A DNA stretch of 13,201 nt from Chthonomonadales bacterium (GTDB lineage: Bacteria > Armatimonadota > Chthonomonadetes > Chthonomonadales > CAJBBX01). Shown here in pieces: positions 7,180 to 13,201 of the stretch. The stretch is taken from NCBI GenBank assembly GCA_049967475.1, contig JBMFSQ010000047.1, forward strand, positions 1 to 13,201, written 5' to 3'. The notes below the pieces were generated by a model, which worked only from the letters and a program-made list of their open reading frames with translations, had not been told where the DNA came from and did not search any database. The translations under genes and the position numbers were made by a program. Within the stretch, counting starts at the first letter, position 1. Each line of letters begins with the position of its first letter.

Positions 7180-9249
7180 CTAATCCACAGCCTCCGCTGC
7201 CGGAACCGCCCGCTGTACCAGATGAAAACCCTCCCACGCACTGGAGGCAAGGACCGCCGCAACCAGCACAATCAGGGCGCTGGTGATGCCCACCGTAATC
7301 CATGCCGTTTGGCTGATGGCGGAAGCGGAGGATGCCGAAAGTGTGCGCAGCGCTGCACGGTTTGACGCATCCTTGATAGCCGCCAGGGCGCCCACGCGGG
7401 GATCGGGTGAAAGGATCGCCTCCGTGGCCGCAGTAAACGTGATGCCTGCAACTACCACCGCCGGAAGCCCCGTTACCCACGCCAGCCGGGGTTTGCGTTT
7501 CAACAGAATGACCGTGCCCAGGCTCAAGGCGATCACGGCCAAAAGCTGGTTGGCAGTCCCAAACATGCGGATGAGCGCCTTCACGCCGCCCTCCGTGTCC
7601 AGGATGCCCCACGCAAGGATGCATCCCCATCCCAGCACTCCGAGGGCGCTCACCCCCCACACGTTCGCGCGTGTCTGGAGGCTCGACACGTGCGGGCCTT
7701 GCGTTGAACCGCGCAGGCGGGCAAGATCACGGAGCATCTCCTGGATCACAAAGCGGATGACCCTCGTTCCCGAGTCCAGCACCGTAAGGATGAAGACGGC
7801 CTCGAACATGATGGCGAAATGGTACCAGAAAGGCAGCAGGTGCCCGAAGCGCCGCCCAGCAAACACGTGTGCCATACCAACAGCCAAAGTAGGAGCGCCT
7901 CCAGCCCGGTTGTAAAGTGATCGCTCGCCAACCCTCTGCGCCTCAGCCGCCATCTCCCCAGGCGTAACCGTAAACACAGATCCGAAGCTGCTCACCTTAC
8001 TCGTGATGCGCACCTGATCCTGCACAGCCAGCGATCCGTCGCCCAGGGGCTTTACCGCGACCGGCATCGTCATGGCAAGATAAATGCCCGGCGCCAGAGT
8101 AACAGCGGCGATGAGAGCCATCACCCCTACGAAGCTCTCGGTAAGCATTGCTCCGTAGCCGATGACCCGAATGTCGCTCTCCTTGTCCACAAAGCGTGGT
8201 GTGGTTCCGCTGCAGATGAGCGAGTGGAAGCCTGATATGGCACCGCAGGCAATCACGATGAAGCAGAACGGGAACACGCTCCCCCCGAACAAGGGGCCGC
8301 TGCCGTCTATGAACGGTGTGAGGCGCGGCATCCGAACCACGGGATGCGCCAGAAAAATCCCCACCGCGAGCAGAGCAACCGTACCGAGCTTGAGGTATGT
8401 GGAGATGTTGTCTCGCGGGGCCAGAAGCATCCAAGCCGGAAGCGCGGCTGCAAGAAGACCGTATGCCACGATGGCCACGGCAAGCTGCCGGTCCGTTCGT
8501 GTAAAAAGAGCCGCCGTTGCGGGATTGTGATGGATCCACGCGCCGATTGCGGTAGCCACGATGAGCAGGCACACTCCCACTGCCGTCGCCTCGCCCTCTC
8601 GGCCGGGCCGCACGCGCGTCATGTACCAGCCCACGAGAAACGCGATGGGGATCGAGCATGCGATCGTGAATGTGCCCCAGGCGCTCCCCTTGAGAGCGTT
8701 AACCACAAACAGCGCCAACACCCCAAGAATAATCTCGAGGATCAAGAGAACTGCAAAAGACGCCACTAGACCCGCAAAGGGGCTCACCTCGTTCTTGATC
8801 ATGCGGGCCAGGCTTGTTCCATCCCGCCGCGTGGAGAAGAACAGGATCGTCATATCCTGAACACAACCCATGAGCACGGCGCCCAAAACGATCCACAGGA
8901 AACCGGGAAGATAGCCGAACTGCGCCGCGAGCGTGGGGCCGATGAGGGGACCGGGGCCGGCAATCCAAGCAAAGTGCATCCCGAAGAGCGTCCATCGCCG
9001 GAACGGCATATAGTCGCGGTTGTCCCTCAGCCGGTGCGCCGGGGTGACGCGCCCGTCGTCTACTTGCAACACACGCTGTGCCAGAAAAGCGCTGTAGTAT
9101 CGGGCACCCAGGTAGTAGAAGCTCAGGGCTGCCACCAGAAGGGCTACGGCATCGAACCGCTCGTGCCGCATACAACTGATGGACCACGCCAGGGCCGCAC
9201 CTGCAACCGAGAGGGCTGGTAACCCCCACCCGGGCTTCCTTGCTGACAA
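7180..9249 (-). CDS. cstA: Carbon starvation CstA-family transporter (peptide/pyruvate; CstA/BtsT family), 689 aa
   Basis: Motifs TPAHRLRDNRDY, HF..IAGPGPLIGP, QFGYLPGFLWI, VQD, LPAWMLLAPRD, IACGAISGFHSL, SGTTP, GYGAMLTESFV, GGAPTLAVGMA, FWYHFAIMFEA, NQLLA. SD GGAGG lies 7 nt before TTG 9249. Confidence 0.95.
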   Translation of the reverse strand: MSARKPGWGLPALSVAGAALAWSISCMRHERFDAVALLVAALSFYYLGARYYSAFLAQRVLQVDDGRVTPAHRLRDNRDYMPFRRWTLFGMHFAWIAGPGPLIGPTLAAQFGYLPGFLWIVLGAVLMGCVQDMTILFFSTRRDGTSLARMIKNEVSPFAGLVASFAVLLILEIILGVLALFVVNALKGSAWGTFTIACSIPIAFLVGWYMTRVRPGREGEATAVGVCLLIVATAIGAWIHHNPATAALFTRTDRQLAVAIVAYGLLAAALPAWMLLAPRDNISTYLKLGTVALLAVGIFLAHPVVRMPRLTPFIDGSGPLFGGSVFPFCFIVIACGAISGFHSLICSGTTPRFVDKESDIRVIGYGAMLTESFVGVMALIAAVTLAPGIYLAMTMPVAVKPLGDGSLAVQDQVRITSKVSSFGSVFTVTPGEMAAEAQRVGERSLYNRAGGAPTLAVGMAHVFAGRRFGHLLPFWYHFAIMFEAVFILTVLDSGTRVIRFVIQEMLRDLARLRGSTQGPHVSSLQTRANVWGVSALGVLGWGCILAWGILDTEGGVKALIRMFGTANQLLAVIALSLGTVILLKRKPRLAWVTGLPAVVVAGITFTAATEAILSPDPRVGALAAIKDASNRAALRTLSASSASAISQTAWITVGITSALIVLVAAVLASSAWEGFHLVQRAVPAAEAVD

Positions 9250-9299
9250 GAAGCAACCTCCGTTCCGGCGACGCTGGCGGGAATACTGGGATCTTTCTC

Positions 9300-9329
9300 A
9301 GTATAACAGAGTGCAATCGCCGTAGGCAA
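9300..9329 (-). promoter_or_regulatory. Candidate sigma70-type promoter for cstA
   Basis: Minus strand reads TTGCCT (9329-9324), 18 nt spacer, TATACT (9305-9300), with an extended -10 TG (TGtTATACT), about 50 nt upstream of the cstA start. Confidence 0.65.
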
Positions 9330-9366
9330 CCCCTCGTTCGGCTTCGCCTTCGGAGCGGTGAAGGAA

Positions 9367-9402
9367 ACGCCGTGCATCCCGGATCAACCGTCGGCACGGC
9401 GT
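9367..9402 (-). terminator. Stem-loop, possible weak terminator downstream of the cassette genes
   Basis: Perfect 9-bp inverted repeat ACGCCGTGC (9367-9375) / GCACGGCGT (9394-9402). On the minus strand it is followed only by TTCCTT, a poor U-tract. Confidence 0.35.
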
Positions 9403-9478
9403 CACGACCATCAAGAGGCGGTGTGTGGCCCCGCACCAAGGCGAACCCATGTTGCGGACAGCCATTGGGAGTAGACCG

Positions 9479-9525
9479 GCGGGCCTCCACAGTCCGCGCA
9501 TCGCCCTCCCATCACCCGCAGCGCC
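9479..9525. repeat. 47-bp direct repeat, copy 1
   Basis: GCGGGCCTCCACAGTCCGCGCATCGCCCTCCCATCACCCGCAGCGCC; 45/47 identical to 13106-13152. Confidence 0.95.
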
Positions 9526-9593
9526 GGCCCGGGCTGTGCAGGGTGCCAGGAAGAACCGTATCAGCACCCCGTTCGAGATGTTTTGCCGTTCCC

Positions 9594-9914
9594 CTATTGC
9601 GAGGAGGCCCCTGCCGGACGGCGGAACCTCGCCCATGCACCACTCAGCAGCATGACGGCGACGGTCGTGCCCACGATGATGCCGGCCTCATTCGCCATGT
9701 AGAGCCACGCGATGCCGGCGGCATCCGGCGGGCGGTTCCACCACCACCGATGCCAGGTAATGGCGATGGTTGCAACCGGCTGCGTCTTGCCTCCGCCCAC
9801 ATCCACGGGCACCCACCGCGTTTTCAACTGCCACTTCGGGCACAGCACCAGCACCAGCAGCAGCGCCAATCCCGTCGTGCCCACAACGCGTTGGACCTTG
9901 CTGAAGCGCATCAT
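9594..9914 (-). CDS. Small hypothetical membrane protein with two TM helices, about 105 aa
   Basis: SD GGGAGGTG before tandem ATGs at 9914 and 9911. Hydrophobic segments VVGTTGLALLLVLVLC and AGIIVGTTVAVMLLSGAW flank a loop containing WHRWWWNRPP; basic tail. Confidence 0.75.
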   Translation of the reverse strand: MMRFSKVQRVVGTTGLALLLVLVLCPKWQLKTRWVPVDVGGGKTQPVATIAITWHRWWWNRPPDAAGIAWLYMANEAGIIVGTTVAVMLLSGAWARFRRPAGASSQ

Positions 9915-9960
9915 ACACCTCCCACGCTTCACTCGAAGCCGCAGCGAGCCACCCGCCACC

Positions 9961-11019
9961 CTAATAACCGCACGCTCGCCGCCGAAGCGCCCCGACAGCA
10001 CCCACTACGATAGCGCCAAGCTGAACGAACGCCCCTGTGGCCACGGCAACGCGCACCTGCATTCTCCGATCAGCCCACCCGGCAACGGGAGGCGACCGCG
10101 GATCCAGGGCGAGCCTTCCGCCAGTACTGATCCGAAGCGCGGTATGTGTGGTGCTATCCCAAACCTCTCCACGGCCCGACCAGGCAGGAACGAACAGCGT
10201 ATCAGGCACGTTGGCGATGTGTACGTCGGTCGCCGCTAGCACCGTGTCTTCGGAACCGGTTGGCACCTTCGCCACCCGTCGCGCTGCCACCGGCATCCAT
10301 ACCAAGCCTACCTTCGCCACAGCGGTGGTTTCCATAACCTCATACGGCTCCTGCCCTGCAGCTAAGTATCGCTCCACACGCACAGGCAAGCATCCCTTTT
10401 GCTCAGCCAGCCACAGATTGGTCGGGGCCGGGCTCGAACGCCACTCCCGACCTACAACCCGCACAAGCGGTCCATGATCGGGGTCCACAACACGTCCGAC
10501 CACGCGGAAGTCTCCCGCGCGCAACACCTGGCTGACAGGAGTCCCATTTAGGAACCACCCGAAGTCGAGGGGGCTTGGCTCCATGGGATGCCGGACCGGG
10601 AACACCGCGCCGCGTGTCCACGCACTCCGGCCACGTTCTGACGATTGCATCTCGAACGAACGTTCGCCGTCGTACACGAACCCGATGGCTCGCACCCGCT
10701 CGCCCACGTAACCGGTCCCGCGGAACCAGCGTTTTCCGCCCTTGTAGGCCCAATCTCCCTCGAAGCGCCGCTCGATCTAAGCCTCGGGAGGAATGTGCAG
10801 GTACCTCCGGTATCCTTCCGTCTGGCCACGCGTGATCACCAGGTGCGCTCGCACTGAACGCAACTGGGCCTCCTGCGCCTCTCTTTGGCGGATGAGGCTT
10901 TCAAGCGTTTGAGAGCGGCACCGCGTTGCGCCACCAAGCATCACGAGGAAACAGATCAGCCAACGCAAGCTCGGCCACAGAAAGACCCCGTGCCGTGTCA
11001 GAACCGAGAACTGTATCAT
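9961..11019 (-). pseudogene. Exported, C-terminally anchored protein (paralog 2) interrupted by a single in-frame TAG at 10777-10779; 352 codons if read through
   Basis: Track ORFs 10777..11127 and 9961..10707 are in the same frame: ...YLHIPPEA*IERRFEGDWAYKGGKRWFRGTGYVGERVRAIGFVYDG... ATG 11019 overlaps the upstream stop (ATGA). Both halves align by eye with the neighbouring paralog. Confidence 0.8.
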
Positions 11020-12068
11020 CGCAGAACCCGTCCGCGCCGAAGGAGGTGAACCGAAGTTCTTACCGCTGCACCCAATAAGGTGAATACAAGCAATGCCGTA
11101 GCGAACCGCACTGGACCATGCGACCAAAACCGCAACTCTGAGGCTGCGGCTCCCCGCGGATCCAGCGCCAGCGCACCGCCCGGGCGGATCTCCAGTGGGA
11201 CACCGTCGGCGAAGAGCATGCCACGTTTGAGAAACCGGGGGTGGAAGACACTGTCCGACACGTCGTTCACGCGGATGTCCGTCACAATGATGGTTGTAGT
11301 AGCTTCCCTACCCGGGTACCGCTCCTCGTGAATGAACCTGGAGGGAACCCAGATTCCGCCGGCCTGCTGCATTTCCTCGGTCCGGTCAACCGCCAGAACC
11401 ATGCCCATGCGGTTGTTACGGAATTCCCGGCGGACTATCTGGTACCCGCGGTCCGGCGCGATCCAGAGCGTGACCGTGGAGATCCCCTTGCCGTCCACAT
11501 GGCCCTGGACCTCGTAGAGTTTCCCAAAGCGCCTGTCCACGGCCTGCCCAGTGACATGGAACCCCTTCTCCTCCAACGCAGCAGCCGCACTCATCCCGCC
11601 CAACCCATAGGCCATCTGGATCGGCGTGAACGCCGGGCTCGTTGCCCTGCCCAGGACTGTGCCGCGCGTGTAGTTGGCTTTACCGTGGTTCTCGTACAGG
11701 AACAGCCGCGTGCCGTCGAATATGTGTATCAGCGGTACGGCGGAAAGGCTGTAGTCGTCAACGCGCCATCGGTCCCCCTTCACCCACCAGCGGTACTCAC
11801 GGTGCGTCACCAGCTTGCCCTTTGCTCGCCCCTGCAGGAACATCAGAAAACCAGGTTGGGGCTTGAGGTCCTGCACGATGTGTGCGCTCGCAGACTCAAT
11901 GTACCTGGCTCCCGCAGCCATGGCACGAGCAATAGAGCGAGTGTTGCCGGAGACCTGAGCGCTTGCCCATTCCCCCGGCGGAAGACGAAGGAGCACAAGA
12001 GCCGGCAGGCACCTTACCGCGTATCGGAGAAACTTAAGGGGCATCGCTTCACTTCCGGCAGAAGTCAC
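11016..12068 (-). CDS. Exported beta-rich hypothetical protein (LolA-like fold suspected) with C-terminal TM anchor (paralog 1), 342-350 aa
   Basis: Signal-like N-terminus ending WASA-Q; pattern WWVKGDRWRVD, IFDG, VTLWIAPDRGY, GIWVP, DIRVNDVSDSVF; C-terminal TM plus RRGR. Start is GTG 12068 (GAGGTG upstream) or ATG 12044. The fold assignment is inference. Confidence 0.8.
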   Translation of the reverse strand: MTSAGSEAMPLKFLRYAVRCLPALVLLRLPPGEWASAQVSGNTRSIARAMAAGARYIESASAHIVQDLKPQPGFLMFLQGRAKGKLVTHREYRWWVKGDRWRVDDYSLSAVPLIHIFDGTRLFLYENHGKANYTRGTVLGRATSPAFTPIQMAYGLGGMSAAAALEEKGFHVTGQAVDRRFGKLYEVQGHVDGKGISTVTLWIAPDRGYQIVRREFRNNRMGMVLAVDRTEEMQQAGGIWVPSRFIHEERYPGREATTTIIVTDIRVNDVSDSVFHPRFLKRGMLFADGVPLEIRPGGALALDPRGAAASELRFWSHGPVRFATALLVFTLLGAAVRTSVHLLRRGRVLR

Positions 12069-12489
12069 GCAGCACCACCTCTGTACTAATCACGGGGCCC
12101 GCGCAGTTCGGAACGGGCCACCAGCCGTGATAGTAGACTGTGTAGCACACCCCGTTTAGGATGGTGTTCGTGCAATCCTCTGTCCCAAAAGAATCCCAGC
12201 GGCGAGCGTACCCATCATCGTAGAGCCGTTCTGTACAGAGCCGGTTACCCCACTCGTCCTGCTGGCACGAGCAGTCCGGGTTTGGATCGCTCCAGCACTC
12301 ATGGCTGTCGCACTTCCCGTGGCCGAAGGGCCAGGGGATCGTCGAAGCAGCGTCCGCATTGCAGCACGGCGACACCATACTCTGCGTGGATGCCAGCCGA
12401 AGCGCGCGCTGGGCCAGAGCCGTTGAGGCCACGCCCACCGCCAGCGCAAACAAAAGGAACCGCCCCGCGTTCAATCGCGCCCTGTACAT
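12049..12489 (-). CDS. Secreted cysteine-rich small protein, 146 aa (11 Cys in the ~120-aa mature part)
   Basis: SD AAGGAG lies 7 nt before ATG 12489. Signal peptide MYRARLNAGRFLLFALAVGVASTALA with an ALA cleavage site; the mature region is Cys/Trp/Asp rich. The track start at 12726 overlaps the upstream gene and is unlikely. Confidence 0.85.
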   Translation of the reverse strand: MYRARLNAGRFLLFALAVGVASTALAQRALRLASTQSMVSPCCNADAASTIPWPFGHGKCDSHECWSDPNPDCSCQQDEWGNRLCTERLYDDGYARRWDSFGTEDCTNTILNGVCYTVYYHGWWPVPNCAGPVISTEVVLRDFCRK

Positions 12490-12502
12490 TCTCTTTCTCC
12501 TT

Positions 12503-12985
12503 TCAGCTTTTCGGAGTGCCGCCGGCATGCGCCCGCCCGTCATCGGGTTGCCGAACCCCGCGCGTGGCGGGGACGCTCCCGGAGACGCCCATCTGTCCCA
12601 GCATCCATACCACGGCTGCCAGAAAGCAACCGGAGATAGCGGCTTCCCATCCGGCAGGCAAGCGAGACCATATGCCGAAGTACGGGCCCGGCAAGGAAAT
12701 GCGGAAGAACACGCGGCAGAGGTCATACGTGACGTAGGTAGTTAGGAGCATCGCGGCGGCCCACAGCGCTCGCTCGCGCAACGCGGGGCGCAGCCGGCTG
12801 CCCGTGGCCAACAGTGCGCCGACAGCAGCTTCGGCAAGTGCGATCGCCCACGCAATGGCAGGTACGGCGGGTCCCGGGACGATACCCGACAGCGCCACTA
12901 CCGCCTGAAAGACGCCCATGCCCGCGAACTTGGCCACCGCGGACACAAGAAGCACGCCGCCGAGCACGATCCTCGCCGCCGACAT
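12503..12985 (-). CDS. MauE/DoxX-family membrane protein, about 160 aa, lacking the CxC motif
   Basis: Pattern ARIVLGGVLLVSAVAK...F...AIALAEAAVGALL...LP-GPY-FG matches the MauE/DoxX layout (R..LG....S...K; E...G; CGCFG position). Start uncertain: ATG 12985, or in-frame ATG 13105, which has GGAGG 5 nt upstream inside repeat copy 2. Confidence 0.78.
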   Translation of the reverse strand: MSAARIVLGGVLLVSAVAKFAGMGVFQAVVALSGIVPGPAVPAIAWAIALAEAAVGALLATGSRLRPALRERALWAAAMLLTTYVTYDLCRVFFRISLPGPYFGIWSRLPAGWEAAISGCFLAAVVWMLGQMGVSGSVPATRGVRQPDDGRAHAGGTPKS

Positions 12986-13040
12986 CCGTGCACCACCCAC
13001 CACTCCCGCTCCTCCACCGTGCAACTGCCTTGCCGACCGT

Positions 13041-13049
13041 ATTGTATCA
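13041..13049 (-). promoter_or_regulatory. Candidate extended -10 promoter for the cassette
   Basis: Minus strand TGaTACAAT, about 55 nt upstream of ATG 12985. No properly spaced -35 (TTGCGG is only 13 nt away). Confidence 0.4.
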
Positions 13050-13105
13050 TGCATCCCCCCCGCAAGGTGGACGCGTGTCTGCTTTTCGTTTCGGAGCCTG
13101 CCCAT

Positions 13106-13152
13106 GCGGGCCTCCACAGTCCGCAGATCGCCCTCCCATCACCCGCAGCGCC
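13106..13152. repeat. 47-bp direct repeat, copy 2
   Basis: GCGGGCCTCCACAGTCCGCAGATCGCCCTCCCATCACCCGCAGCGCC; differs from copy 1 only by GC to AG at repeat positions 20-21. Confidence 0.95.
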
Positions 13153-13158
13153 CCGCCC

Positions 13159-13201
13159 AAAAACAAAACCCCGCCTGCCGAAATCCCTTGCGGGAAGGCA
13201 G
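13159..13201 (-). terminator. Probable intrinsic terminator of an off-window minus-strand gene (5' arm cut by the window edge)
   Basis: Minus strand reads CTGCC-T-TCCC-GCAA-GGGA-TTTC-GGCAG-GCGGGG-TTTTGTTTTT: a GC stem with a GNRA loop and a long U-tract. Confidence 0.7.

Noticed and set aside
9298..9636. 112-aa minus-strand ORF across the intergenic region
   Set aside because: It runs through repeat copy 1, the hairpins and the cstA promoter, overlaps the 2-TM gene end, and has no recognisable features.
143..12745. Long plus-strand and alternative-frame ORFs (e.g. 143..859, 5649..6530, 6490..7365, 9240..10013, 11241..12089)
   Set aside because: They overlap well-supported minus-strand genes, have Arg/Pro/His-rich shadow composition and no motifs. 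Such ORFs are expected in high-GC DNA.
12049..12985. Methylamine dehydrogenase (mau) operon
   Set aside because: Only a MauE-like gene is present. No mauB, mauD or mauG was seen, and the Cys-rich protein has no recognisable MauA motifs.
9479..13152. CRISPR array, IS element, integron cassette or tRNA att site as the explanation of the repeat
   Set aside because: Only two copies 3.6 kb apart, in direct rather than inverted orientation. There is no transposase, integrase or cas gene, and no recognisable attC or tRNA 3'-end sequence.

Overview
GC-rich bacterial DNA in which every credible gene is on the minus strand; the many plus-strand ORFs look like shadow frames. There are two blocks. (1) About 1-9330 is a co-oriented run, in transcription order: sigma70-like promoter, cstA-family transporter, short YbdD/YjiX-like RCC peptide, GT9 glycosyltransferase, thiol peroxidase (tpx), ArnT-like GT-C, GT4 glycosyltransferase, second ArnT-like GT-C, and a truncated, probably secreted protein. 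(2) 9479-13152 is a 3.6 kb cassette bracketed by a 47-bp direct repeat (45/47 identical). It encodes a MauE/DoxX-like membrane protein lacking the usual CxC motif, a secreted 11-cysteine small protein, two paralogous ~350-aa exported beta-rich proteins sharing a GGxLALDPR-TM-basic C-terminus (the second interrupted by one in-frame TAG), and a small 2-TM protein. This cassette is the best candidate for an undescribed system, possibly partly decayed. No rRNA, tRNA, CRISPR array, integrase or transposase was recognised. Family calls come from motif recognition by eye, not database searches.
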